A stretch of DNA of 64,000 bases from a bacterium (lineage in GTDB: Bacteria > Zhuqueibacterota > Zhuqueibacteria > Residuimicrobiales > Krinioviventaceae), in contig CAXXMD010000003.1 of assembly GCA_963675755.2 (NCBI GenBank), positions 2,784,001-2,848,000 of the forward strand, read 5' to 3'. The translations under genes were made by a program, and so were the position numbers. The notes beneath the pieces were generated by a model. That model had not been told where the DNA came from. It ran no database searches and worked only from the letters and a program-made list of their open reading frames with translations. Positions 50,422-60,241 of the stretch are shown here, piece after piece; position 1 is the first letter of the stretch, and every line of letters begins with the position of its first letter.

Positions 50422-51841
50422 GCCTACAGGGTTTTTAGAATATACACGAGAGGATGCACCAAAAAGACTGGTGCATGAGCGTGTTAAAGATTATCGTGAA
50501 TTTGAAACCATGCTGCCACCGGAAGGCATTCATAATCAGGCAGCACGCTGTATGGATTGTGGTGTGCCTTCGTGCCATGCGTTTGGATGCCCTACTCAGA
50601 ACCGGATACCGGATTGGAATGATCTGGTATATCGTGAACAGTGGCAAAGAGCGTTGGATGTGTTGCATTCTACAGATAATTTCCCGGAATTTACCGGGCG
50701 TGTTTGCCCTGCTCCCTGTGAAGCGGCATGTACATTGGGTATTAATCAGCCAGCGGTAACCATCCGTCAGATTGAATTACAGATTATAGAAAGAGGATGG
50801 AAAGAAGGATGGGTTATTCCACAGCCTTCTGAATATAAATCCGGTAAAAAAGTGGCAATTGTTGGTTCTGGTCCTGCCGGTATGGCGGCTGCTCAGCAGA
50901 TTGCCCGCATGGGACACGAAGCAATTCTTTTTGAAAAATCTGATCGAATTGGTGGATTGCTGCGTTATGGAATTCCGGATTTCAAGCTTGATAAAAGTGT
51001 GATTGACCGTCGATTGAAACAACTGGAAGCAGAGGGTGTTATCTTTGAAACCGGTGTAGATGTTGGCGTAGACATTTCTGTACGATATCTGCAGCGTACT
51101 TTTGATGCGGTTGTGATTACTGCCGGTTCAACAGTACCCCGTAATCTGGTTGCTCCCGGTCGTGATTTGGATGGGGTTTATTACGCAATGCAGTTTTTGA
51201 CCCAGCAGAATAAATTGAACGCCGGTGATGAAATTCCCGCGGACCAGTTGATCTCTGCCAAAGACAAACATGTTCTGGTTATTGGTGGCGGTGATACCGG
51301 TTCGGATTGTATTGGTACCAGCATTCGTCAGGGTGCACGCCATGTAACCCAGATTGAAATTATGCCCAAACCACCGGCAGAACGCACGGCTGATAATCCC
51401 TGGCCATTGTGGCCCAACATTCAGCGCACATCCTCTTCTCAGGAAGAAGGTTGTGATCGTGACTGGTCTGTTTTGACAAAGGAATTCGTTGGCAAGGATA
51501 AAGTGGAAAAAGTTAAAGCTGCAAAGATAGAATGGTCAGAACCGGACGAGAATGGTCGTCGTAATTTTACTGAAATTGCCGGTTCCGAGTACGAGATCAA
51601 AGCAGATCTGGTCTTGCTGGCAATGGGTTTTATACACGTAGAGCATGGTCCGTTGGTTACTGATTATGAGCTCAAATGCGATGAACGTAATAATATTATT
51701 GTAGACAAGAACTTTATGACTAATGTGCCGGGTGTTTTCGCCGCAGGTGACAGTGTTTTAGGCGCTTCACTGGTTGTACGTGCTCTGCATCAGGGGCGTA
51801 AAGCCGCAGAAGGTGTAGACAAGTATTTGCAAACACTCTAG
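50414..51841 (+). CDS. gltD: Glutamate synthase small subunit
   Basis: 'MAKPTGFLEY', 'RCMDCGVPSC', 'GRVCPAPCE', GSGPAG, GGGDTG. Confidence 0.97.
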   Translation: MAKPTGFLEYTREDAPKRLVHERVKDYREFETMLPPEGIHNQAARCMDCGVPSCHAFGCPTQNRIPDWNDLVYREQWQRALDVLHSTDNFPEFTGRVCPAPCEAACTLGINQPAVTIRQIELQIIERGWKEGWVIPQPSEYKSGKKVAIVGSGPAGMAAAQQIARMGHEAILFEKSDRIGGLLRYGIPDFKLDKSVIDRRLKQLEAEGVIFETGVDVGVDISVRYLQRTFDAVVITAGSTVPRNLVAPGRDLDGVYYAMQFLTQQNKLNAGDEIPADQLISAKDKHVLVIGGGDTGSDCIGTSIRQGARHVTQIEIMPKPPAERTADNPWPLWPNIQRTSSSQEEGCDRDWSVLTKEFVGKDKVEKVKAAKIEWSEPDENGRRNFTEIAGSEYEIKADLVLLAMGFIHVEHGPLVTDYELKCDERNNIIVDKNFMTNVPGVFAAGDSVLGASLVVRALHQGRKAAEGVDKYLQTL

Positions 51842-51864
51842 TCGTTAAAAAATATACATCAAAC

Positions 51865-51904
51865 AGGGCCCCTTTTTTACATCATGAAAAAGGGGCCTTT
51901 TTTT
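51865..51904 (+). terminator. Intrinsic terminator
   Basis: GGCCCCTTTTT/AAAAAGGGGCC plus T-run. Confidence 0.85.
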
Positions 51905-52017
51905 ATATGTAAAATTTAAATATTGCTTAATATTAAAAAAAATGTAAATTGATATAAATTCGGGTGGTACATCGGGGACTTGTAATATATTAAATCTGTA
52001 CTTGTTTCAAGGGGAAA

Positions 52018-52962
52018 ATGATGAAGAATAAATCCTTTTATTTGTATTTGCTGGCAATTGTATTTTTATTAAATGTCTCGGTTAATTACGCGCAAAATAA
52101 TTACATGGCCGGGTATGTGAACAATACACGCTCTATTGCAATGGGGCATACTGCTTCTACCGCTTTTTCTGATGTTTTTTCAGGGTATTTGAATCCTGCA
52201 TCTCTTTCGCAAGCCGAAGCTATAACATCATCACTATTTTACACCTCATTTAAAGATGATAAAAGTTTCAAGGGGGGCGGGATCGCAATCCCGGTACCGG
52301 ATTTTGGTACTTTGGGGATCAGTTATATTGACAATACCGCACAACTCAATGTAACGTTTGCTGATAACGCAGGATTTAATTTGGAAGAATATAAGGAACA
52401 ACAATTTTTATTATCCTATGCCAGATCACTGGGATATAATCTCGCATTGGGTATGAATGTAAAATATGTTGCCTGTGACTATCAAAATTATTATGACAGC
52501 AATATGGACTATTCCGGGATTGATTTCAGCTTGCAATACAAACCAGATATAAGTAATGTTGTTTTTCGAAATACTGCAATAGGTTTTGCTGTAAATAACG
52601 CACTGGAACTTGCTGTACCAACTGAACAAAGTTTATTGAAACATTACAATATTATTGTAGACAAGAAAATTTCAAACGGGAAAAATGTTTTGTCTTTGAT
52701 AGCGAATGTTGTTTTCCATGAGCAATATGTCCATGAAAATCAATATAGCGTAGAAATGGTGAAAAAAGTGAGCAAACCCCGGTTTTTCTGGGGTGCCGAG
52801 TACAGAATGTCACATTTCTATTTTCGGGCGGGACATGCAATCAGTTCTTTGTCCGGGGGAATGGGCGTTTTCTACAAATCATTCAGATTCGAATATTCTT
52901 ATGGTCCACTTGCCATTGATTCTTTCAAGGCGAATAGCTTTTCTGTCAGTTATGGATTCTAG
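52018..52962 (+). CDS. PorV/PorQ-like outer-membrane beta-barrel
   Basis: 'RSIAMG...YLNPASL' FadL/PorV-type N-terminus; 'FYFRAG'; C-terminal YGF. Confidence 0.75.
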   Translation: MMKNKSFYLYLLAIVFLLNVSVNYAQNNYMAGYVNNTRSIAMGHTASTAFSDVFSGYLNPASLSQAEAITSSLFYTSFKDDKSFKGGGIAIPVPDFGTLGISYIDNTAQLNVTFADNAGFNLEEYKEQQFLLSYARSLGYNLALGMNVKYVACDYQNYYDSNMDYSGIDFSLQYKPDISNVVFRNTAIGFAVNNALELAVPTEQSLLKHYNIIVDKKISNGKNVLSLIANVVFHEQYVHENQYSVEMVKKVSKPRFFWGAEYRMSHFYFRAGHAISSLSGGMGVFYKSFRFEYSYGPLAIDSFKANSFSVSYGF

Positions 52963-52969
52963 TTTATAA

Positions 52970-54040
52970 TTATTTTTCTCCAAACCGTTTTCGTACCGGG
53001 GTGCGTTTGTAATCTGAGCGGTTCAAATTCACATCCGTACGGGGATCATACGATTCATTGTCCGTATAGATCACATCCCCATTGGGATTCGTCCAGCGAT
53101 AGTGCCACTGGTTTGAGCCGGTTTCTACTTTGTTGGTAAAGGGATTGACATATTCTTCCTGATCGGTCAGGGTGAGGAACATGTCGTTATGGATTTCCGC
53201 GTTCATTTTCTGTCGGTGGTCTACAATAGCCTGCTCAATTTTCTGTGTATCCCGCAATACCTCTATCATGGTGGCGCTACGCTGTGATTGTCCGCGAATT
53301 TCACCTTTTAACCATTGCGCGTCGAGCTGTACCGAGTTTTGTATTACGCTGAGCAGAGGCTGCCATTGGTCGAACGCGTTAGCGGGGGCTCTGATTAGAA
53401 GGGTTTCCTTGTTGCCCCAGAGACCGGCACCCAATTGTCCCCAGTTTTCGATCACGGTTATGATTTTTTCTTTATATTGGGTACCATTTTCAGTATAGAT
53501 CAAAGTTGCTAAACATGCATCATAACTCATGGTGAGTTGCGGCATATAGGTTTGCACGTGTTTGAGAAATGCCTGTTCGAGATCTGGCAGCGGTTTTTGC
53601 TCTGTGATATTGTAATTTGATAATCCGGGATGCGCGTATGGGATAACCTGGCCTTGGATAAATTGCTCTGCGGTCATAACCGGGAAAACACTCATGCCGT
53701 TATAATTACTTCCATTTGGGAACAGCCCCATTTGCCCTGCGGGAGAATAGCGCATGTCGAAATAGAGCATATCCGGCAGCCAGCGGATCATGACGGTACC
53801 TTGATTGTTCTTGACAGTAAAATCCACTTTGGCGGCAATGGCGTTACCGGCCCCGCCAATCTGGTTGGGATCGAGCCTGAAAATGCCGCCATCTGTTTGC
53901 CAGCCCTGCGGTACCAGCAAGGTAAAGGCTTTTTCGTTTGGCTCTGTTTTTTGTTGTAATAACAGTGTGTTGTTTGTGGAAGAAAATAAAAGCGCGGGCA
54001 GCAGAATCACACTCGTCAGGAATATTGAAAAATTTTTCAT
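52970..54040 (-). CDS. Secreted hypothetical protein
   Basis: Signal peptide; GAGGTG RBS; no family recognised. Confidence 0.7.
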   Translation of the reverse strand: MKNFSIFLTSVILLPALLFSSTNNTLLLQQKTEPNEKAFTLLVPQGWQTDGGIFRLDPNQIGGAGNAIAAKVDFTVKNNQGTVMIRWLPDMLYFDMRYSPAGQMGLFPNGSNYNGMSVFPVMTAEQFIQGQVIPYAHPGLSNYNITEQKPLPDLEQAFLKHVQTYMPQLTMSYDACLATLIYTENGTQYKEKIITVIENWGQLGAGLWGNKETLLIRAPANAFDQWQPLLSVIQNSVQLDAQWLKGEIRGQSQRSATMIEVLRDTQKIEQAIVDHRQKMNAEIHNDMFLTLTDQEEYVNPFTNKVETGSNQWHYRWTNPNGDVIYTDNESYDPRTDVNLNRSDYKRTPVRKRFGEK

Positions 54041-54048
54041 AATACACC

Positions 54049-55557
54049 TCAATTGTTGAGAGGTAATTCAATTTTAAAAGTGCTTCCTTTGTTTAGTTCT
54101 GATGAAACCGTCAGGTTCCCCTTGTGTTCCTGTATGATCTGGTAACAGATTGACAGGCCTAACCCCACGCCAACCCCAACGCTCCAGTTTGTAAAACCCG
54201 GTTCAAAAATATGAGCTAAATCTTTTTCTGCAATACCTTTTCCCGAATCTGCAATTTCTATGGTTATATATGAATCGTGTACTGCTGTTTTTATTTGTAT
54301 TTCACCAGTTCCATTCATTGCTTTTTTAGCATTATCAAACAACTGCCAATAGACCTGGTTAAGTTTGGCAGGGTAACAGGCAATCTGCGGAAGGTCTGCA
54401 TAATCTTTGATAAATTCAAGTTGATTATCTGACCTGGCTGTAAACAATTCTATGGTAGTATCAATACCTTCGTGAATATCAATGCGCTGGAGTTCACCTT
54501 CATCGAGCTGGATAAATGATTTCATTTTTTGCACCATATCTCCAACCCGTTTTGCACCTTCACTGTTTACTCTTACCAGGTCGTTCATTACAGTTAATAA
54601 TTTCTGCAGTTGCGCGGTTTTTGAATCCGAGTCTGGCTCTGTTAATGTGTTGTTGAGTTTAGTTATACTGGATGATAGAGTAGAATTGGTGCTTTGTACT
54701 GCGCCAATGGGATTGTTAATCTCGTGAGCGAATCCTGCAATTAACCGGCCCATGGATGCCATTTTTTCGCTTTGAACAAGCCGGGCCTGGGCTTCGTGCA
54801 GATGTCTGGTGCGGTCTACAACCTTTTGCTCAAGGCTGACGTTCAGCTCGGTAATGGTATTGTATTGATATTGGTTTATTGACAGGTAAAAGATAACCGA
54901 CGCCACTATTATGGATACATCTACAAGGGGACCACTTTCAAATCCGGTTAATGGCAAAAGAATACCCAATACAGGGCCAGCGGAAAGAATAATAAACAGT
55001 CCAATTGAAATAGTTTTTAAAAATTCTTTATAATGTCCGGTGGGGGCACTTTTAATAGCTTTATAGAGTAGGATCAAAACAAAAATAACAAATAGGATGG
55101 CAATGCTTTCAATCGGATACATCCAGGAAGAATATGCGATACCGATGCTGCCATCCGGATTTTTATAAATATTTGAAACAAATTTATCACTTAGACCCAG
55201 AAATACTGCAGACGCAAAAAGTGCTATAGGCATGGTTCTGAAATAAAATTTTAAAGAGATACCCGAAATTTTCTCATCCTGACGATCAATAAAACCGGTC
55301 AAAACCATAATAAAATAGACAATGATGAAAAATTCGGAACTGTTGAGAAAGATAGCAAACTTTAGCCATTTACCATATGTTGAGATATCTGTAATTTGCT
55401 GCATGAAAAAGCTGTTCAAGCTTGCTGCAGAAAGCGAAAGCATGAGCAAACTCAGCGCGGTTTGCATGCGTTTTTGATAATTACGATTGAGCCAGGCCAT
55501 AAGAGCCAGCACAAAGGTCATAAAAGAGGCAATTACTGATGTAAATTCAAGTTGCAT
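54049..55557 (-). CDS. 7TM sensor histidine kinase
   Basis: Seven TM helices; 'QSEKMASMG..AHEINNP'; HATPase. Confidence 0.9.
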   Translation of the reverse strand: MQLEFTSVIASFMTFVLALMAWLNRNYQKRMQTALSLLMLSLSAASLNSFFMQQITDISTYGKWLKFAIFLNSSEFFIIVYFIMVLTGFIDRQDEKISGISLKFYFRTMPIALFASAVFLGLSDKFVSNIYKNPDGSIGIAYSSWMYPIESIAILFVIFVLILLYKAIKSAPTGHYKEFLKTISIGLFIILSAGPVLGILLPLTGFESGPLVDVSIIVASVIFYLSINQYQYNTITELNVSLEQKVVDRTRHLHEAQARLVQSEKMASMGRLIAGFAHEINNPIGAVQSTNSTLSSSITKLNNTLTEPDSDSKTAQLQKLLTVMNDLVRVNSEGAKRVGDMVQKMKSFIQLDEGELQRIDIHEGIDTTIELFTARSDNQLEFIKDYADLPQIACYPAKLNQVYWQLFDNAKKAMNGTGEIQIKTAVHDSYITIEIADSGKGIAEKDLAHIFEPGFTNWSVGVGVGLGLSICYQIIQEHKGNLTVSSELNKGSTFKIELPLNN

Positions 55558-55654
55558 AACTTCTCAAAATTAATTCTTAAGAAATTAGCATTTTTTTAGG
55601 TGGGATGCAATGGGGAATTTGAATAGAGGGAATTTATATTAAAGATGATATTGT

Positions 55655-56122
55655 TTATTCCTTTTTTAAAGATTTTAAACCGAATCCACTTCCTAGACCA
55701 CCAACAAAAGCTATAAAAATCTTAATAATGTCAAGTAATAATTCATTGTTTCTAGGCAACAAAAAAATTACAAGAAATAAAAATACAGAGATCCCCAATA
55801 TTGTATAAACTAATACAAACCAACGATTTGAACTTTTTAACTTATAATCATTTTCGTCATCTTTTTGAGTGTAATCTAGGAATTTATCAATATGTTCTTC
55901 CGTAAATTTTTCAAAAAGAGGGTGCCCTATTCCACTTCCTCTTAAAGATGTTTGCATTAATGACATGCTTATAGAATTTCTTTTCTCTTGCGGCATGTCC
56001 TCAAATATTTCAGTTAAAAAGTCTGGGAAATCTTGTGTTTCTTTTTCTTTAGTCACCTTTGTAGGGTGTTCAGAAGTAGTGTTTTTTTGTTTCTTGTCTT
56101 TACTATCTTGATCATCAGTCAT
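55655..56122 (-). CDS. Hypothetical 2-TM membrane protein (DUF2335-like), AT-rich
   Basis: Charged N-terminus and two C-terminal TM helices. Confidence 0.6.
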   Translation of the reverse strand: MTDDQDSKDKKQKNTTSEHPTKVTKEKETQDFPDFLTEIFEDMPQEKRNSISMSLMQTSLRGSGIGHPLFEKFTEEHIDKFLDYTQKDDENDYKLKSSNRWFVLVYTILGISVFLFLVIFLLPRNNELLLDIIKIFIAFVGGLGSGFGLKSLKKE

Positions 56123-56135
56123 TTTGTATCCTGAA

Positions 56136-56378
56136 TTATTTGTTTAAATTCGATTCGATTTTTTTGTCAAATTGTTCAAGTTTTCTTATATACTTTATAT
56201 TTATTTGTTGTTCAAATGATGAGATAATGAATAGTTTAATGAACTGATTTAATGTTTTATCTGAAATAGCATTTTGATGATAAAAGTTGAGTAATTTCTT
56301 TGTAAAATCACGAGTATTGATTTTATATGAATCCTCTGAATTTAATAATTGATTTATTAACAACGAATAATTGTTCAT
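56136..56378 (-). CDS. Small hypothetical protein, very AT-rich
   Basis: 80-aa ORF 13 bp upstream of the next gene. Confidence 0.4.
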   Translation of the reverse strand: MNNYSLLINQLLNSEDSYKINTRDFTKKLLNFYHQNAISDKTLNQFIKLFIISSFEQQINIKYIRKLEQFDKKIESNLNK

Positions 56379-56576
56379 CTTTATACTCTTAGTTTATATT
56401 AAGTTTATGTATTAAGGTTCAAAAAAAATATATGAAAATCAAGCAATTTTTTATTGATAAATAAAAACCATAATTGTTAATTTTATTAAACAATTAATTG
56501 ATTTATTATATGTTTTATCTAATAAAAATTATACAAGTTCCCGTTTTGGCAAAAAAAATATCTTGTATTTTAATGA

Positions 56577-56747
56577 TTATTTTAAAACCACCCATAATCC
56601 ATGGATAATACCCGGAATAAAGAACAGGAGACAGAGCAGGATATTGATGATCAGATCTTTGCCCACCCCTTTTTTCATAAATACACCCACAGGTGGAAGG
56701 ATAAGAACCAGGATGATCTGTAAGATTTTTTCAGTTTTTTTAGTCAT
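56577..56747 (-). CDS. YqaE/Pmp3-family proteolipid (56 aa)
   Basis: MTKKTEKILQIILVLILPPVGVFMKKGVGKDLIINILLCLLFFIPGIIHGLWVVLK; GAGGG RBS; below the ORF-track cutoff. Confidence 0.92.
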   Translation of the reverse strand: MTKKTEKILQIILVLILPPVGVFMKKGVGKDLIINILLCLLFFIPGIIHGLWVVLK

Positions 56748-56798
56748 TATATATCCCTCTGTTTTTTTTATTGTTCTACAGTTTTGTGTTGTTACAGT

Positions 56799-58265
56799 TT
56801 ATAGCGGTTGTTCCAGGGCCGGTTTGACGGTCCATAATTGCATTTTGGTCATTTCTGCCAAATTTGTCATGTCCAGATCGGGACGATGAACAATCCAGTG
56901 TTTAAAATCCATAACTTCTTTAATAATTGCTTCTTCATTTTCTACTGGATATGGATCAAAAGAGATTATTGAATATTCCTGTTTGGGACTGTTTGATAAA
57001 AGATCGAGATACACTGAGCTGAACAATTGTAATAAAGAACCGGTGCCAATTTCCCGGCCATCTGTCATTAATCCTGCCGGTAGGTTGTTATATTCATTAA
57101 TAAATGCTGAAGCCTGGCTAGCAATCAGTAATGCATCCTCAAGTGTTATGTTGTCAATTTCCGGTGTTTCAATGGGCATTTGCAAGGGCCCAAAAACACT
57201 CTGACGCTGAAGAGTAGGAGCAAGTGAATTGTTGATTTTATACAAGCTGAGAGATTGTGCCAGCGCTGTGAATATCTCTGCAGGAGTAAAATAATCGCTA
57301 ATTATTACCTCTTGTTTTGCCAATATCTCTTTGGCGATGGCGCTCAACTCGTCTTGTGTGATTTCCTGCTTTTGCCAGGAAAATTTTTGAATCAAATCCC
57401 GATAAGTGGCAAATTCCACATAATCATGACTTTTTACAAACTGCATTAACCGGCCAAAGTTTTTTTGCGCGGTTTTCATGGTTTCCCGGGGGCGCAATTC
57501 TGGTGCTTTCCATTCACTGGCTGGAGGATTGGCTCCTTCATAGAAATTAAAATCCCAGAATTGTTCACTGCGAACTTTGCAGGGATGACAGGCAAAAAAC
57601 GAAACAACATCTTTGTTTTGAATGTCGTTATCAAAACGTTCTTTTAAACTGGCTAATGCGGGTTCAAATAATTCATCTTTATAGTAAGTGTTGTCAAAAC
57701 CACCATACTCGCCGTGAAAATTAAGGGCATTGCAGAACCAGGTTGCGTTTCTGTTTTCGAGATGGATGGGGGAATAGATATACGCTTTACCCATTTCACC
57801 CAATGCGCGAACAAGCTGGGGGCCGTAACTCCCTCCGTGACGGGCCAATGCACTAACCGGGACCTTAAAGATCCGTTCAAGTTCATTAAAACCTACGGAT
57901 TCGTTTTTAATCATTGCCTCATAACCGGATTGCCAGTCAGCGTTTTCTAAAATTTCTGTCACTGTTGGGTGTATGGAACCCATATTGGTATGGCTGCCAA
58001 TATCGTGACTGGCCATGGCGGCAATAACGTCAGTACGTCCACGTGCTTCAAACGATCTTGCTTTTTCACCAATTACAAAAAAAGTACCGGTTGCTCCTTC
58101 TTTTGTCATAATTTCTGCAAGCCATTTGGGGATATTGTCTATACCTTCGGATTCAGGGGTAATATAATCTTCAACATCGAATACAACAACGACATAAGTT
58201 TTATCTCTGGCAAAAAGTATAGTTGTTGTGAGGATGAAAAGGGTGATCAGGGTTTGGATTTTCAT
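56799..58265 (-). CDS. Secreted polysaccharide-deacetylase-fold protein
   Basis: Signal peptide; 'FDVED', 'GTFFVIG', 'IGSHT...HP'. Confidence 0.75.
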   Translation of the reverse strand: MKIQTLITLFILTTTILFARDKTYVVVVFDVEDYITPESEGIDNIPKWLAEIMTKEGATGTFFVIGEKARSFEARGRTDVIAAMASHDIGSHTNMGSIHPTVTEILENADWQSGYEAMIKNESVGFNELERIFKVPVSALARHGGSYGPQLVRALGEMGKAYIYSPIHLENRNATWFCNALNFHGEYGGFDNTYYKDELFEPALASLKERFDNDIQNKDVVSFFACHPCKVRSEQFWDFNFYEGANPPASEWKAPELRPRETMKTAQKNFGRLMQFVKSHDYVEFATYRDLIQKFSWQKQEITQDELSAIAKEILAKQEVIISDYFTPAEIFTALAQSLSLYKINNSLAPTLQRQSVFGPLQMPIETPEIDNITLEDALLIASQASAFINEYNNLPAGLMTDGREIGTGSLLQLFSSVYLDLLSNSPKQEYSIISFDPYPVENEEAIIKEVMDFKHWIVHRPDLDMTNLAEMTKMQLWTVKPALEQPL

Positions 58266-58375
58266 GATTTTCTCCATATTGAACCGGGTATTCATGGAAT
58301 GTTTTACATTTTTCAAATATTGATATTAGAAAAATAAATGCTTTTCAGTATAAAAGCAAAGACTTTTTCTGATGG

Positions 58376-59092
58376 CTAATGTTCTGTAGAGAAAAGGTAG
58401 CCGGCGCTTCTTACGCTTTTGAATATTTGGGGAGATTTGGGGTTGGTTTCAAAATATTTTCGAAGTCGTGCCATGAAAATATCAACCGTTCTTGTTTCAA
58501 CCGGTTTGTCAATCTGCCAGACATTTTCAAGCAATTCCTGCCTGGAGACGACGGTGTCTTTATGATCAATCAAGTATTTTAACAGCATGGCTTCGTGTGG
58601 AGTTAACCGAAACTCATTCTTGGCGGATACACAATGAAGATTATTAAAATTAACCGTGTAATTACCAATGACAATGGTAGGATTTTCATTGGATGTGGAT
58701 TTGTACCATGCTTTGCGCCTCAGCATGCCTTTTACCCTGAGTAACAATTCCTCAAGATGAAAGGGTTTGGCAATATAATCATCAGCGCCGGTTTCAAGCC
58801 CTTTAATCCGGTCTTTAATGCCTGTACGGGCCGTAAGCATCAGGATGGGGATTTGCGGATCAGACTGCCGCATGTGTTCAGCTACTTCATAACCATTCAA
58901 ATAGGGCAGCATAATGTCCAGTATTACAAGATCAAACTGCTCTTTATCAAATTGATCAATTGCTTGCCTGCCATCCGGTGCTATAGATACCTGATACCCC
59001 TCTTCATTCAGGTTAAACTCTAATCCTACAGCGAGGGATTCTTCATCCTCAACAATCAGAATGCGGCTGCCTTTAAAATCATGATCACTCAT
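58376..59092 (-). CDS. OmpR-family response regulator
   Basis: REC domain plus winged helix 'VSRQELLENVW...TRTVD..RLRK...GY'. Confidence 0.95.
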   Translation of the reverse strand: MSDHDFKGSRILIVEDEESLAVGLEFNLNEEGYQVSIAPDGRQAIDQFDKEQFDLVILDIMLPYLNGYEVAEHMRQSDPQIPILMLTARTGIKDRIKGLETGADDYIAKPFHLEELLLRVKGMLRRKAWYKSTSNENPTIVIGNYTVNFNNLHCVSAKNEFRLTPHEAMLLKYLIDHKDTVVSRQELLENVWQIDKPVETRTVDIFMARLRKYFETNPKSPQIFKSVRSAGYLFSTEH

Positions 59093-60107
59093 TGATTTCT
59101 TCCTGTCTATTTTTGCGTTTTTGGGCAAGCTTTAACAAGTTGTTGATATAACGTTGTTTTACTGCCTGGTATATGGGCAATTCTATCCGAAATGTGGTTC
59201 CTTTTCCAATACCTTCGCTTTGTACGGTTACTCTACCGCCATGTGTTTTAATAATTTCCTTGACAAAATAGAGTCCCAGGCCGGTCCCTTTGACATTCGG
59301 TACTGAACGGTTATAAACACGATGGAATTTTTTGAATATGTGTTTCTGTTCTTCCTGATCGATACCTATTCCATTATCAATAAACTTGACAACAACATGG
59401 TTTCTGACAATAGACAGATCCATGGTTATTTGAGGAGAGGATTGAGAATATTTGATTGCATTATCAACCAAATTATCAACAACCATGCGCATTGTATTGG
59501 GATCAATTACGCAGGAATATGGCGCGTTTCCTGTAATAGATACGGATTCAGCCCCCAGTTTGAGCTGACTTGTGCTTTCTCTGAACAGCCGCTGAAAGGT
59601 TTCTCCGGCATCTACCAACTGGTAATCAAAGGGGATTTTTTTTAATTCCATACCTGAAATTGAAAGTATAGACTCGATCAGGTTTTTTAACCGTGCCGCG
59701 TCTTTGATCATTATATTTACAAATTCTTTTTGTTTTTCAGGTGTAACGCTTCTCGTATTCAACGTCTCCAGATAGAGTTGTATGGATGATAATGGAGATT
59801 TAAGTTCGTGGGTCACATTTGCGATAAAATTGTCATACATGATGGTTATTTTTAACTGGCTGGTAAGATTCCTGAAAATTAATGCCATAGCAACGGATAC
59901 AGTAATCATGAGAATCAAACCACCTACCAATGCAACTACATTGGCACTTTTTGATACGATCTGTATGGAATAGTGTTCACCCACATATTCAGAAATCATG
60001 TTGCTGGTAATATACCTGTAAATCCACAATCCCACCATTACAAACCAGGCGAACTGGGCCAATACAAAAATAAATATGGGGTAAAACAGGGTACGGCTTT
60101 TTTTCAT
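59085..60107 (-). CDS. Sensor histidine kinase with two TM helices and a very short external loop
   Basis: 'THELKSPL', 'NLVDNAIKY', 'GTGLGL'. Confidence 0.93.
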   Translation of the reverse strand: MKKSRTLFYPIFIFVLAQFAWFVMVGLWIYRYITSNMISEYVGEHYSIQIVSKSANVVALVGGLILMITVSVAMALIFRNLTSQLKITIMYDNFIANVTHELKSPLSSIQLYLETLNTRSVTPEKQKEFVNIMIKDAARLKNLIESILSISGMELKKIPFDYQLVDAGETFQRLFRESTSQLKLGAESVSITGNAPYSCVIDPNTMRMVVDNLVDNAIKYSQSSPQITMDLSIVRNHVVVKFIDNGIGIDQEEQKHIFKKFHRVYNRSVPNVKGTGLGLYFVKEIIKTHGGRVTVQSEGIGKGTTFRIELPIYQAVKQRYINNLLKLAQKRKNRQEEINE

Positions 60108-60170
60108 GCTTGAAATCCGCTTTTTGAGTGCTATACCAAAGTAAAGGTTTTTTATAAATTATAAAAGAGG

Positions 60171-60188
60171 TTTTACACTACTTTTACA
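60171..60188 (+). promoter_or_regulatory. OmpR/PhoB-type tandem binding site
   Basis: TTTTACA-ctac-TTTTACA, 11-bp period, in the divergent intergenic region. Confidence 0.6.
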
Positions 60189-60241
60189 GTACTCTTGATT
60201 ATTAATGTTTATATTTAAGGGAATAAGTGAAAGGGTATGGT

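Noticed and set aside
60131-60152. Second copy of the MerR operator (GTAAAGGT core)
   Set aside because: Only 8 bp shared and the palindrome is not preserved
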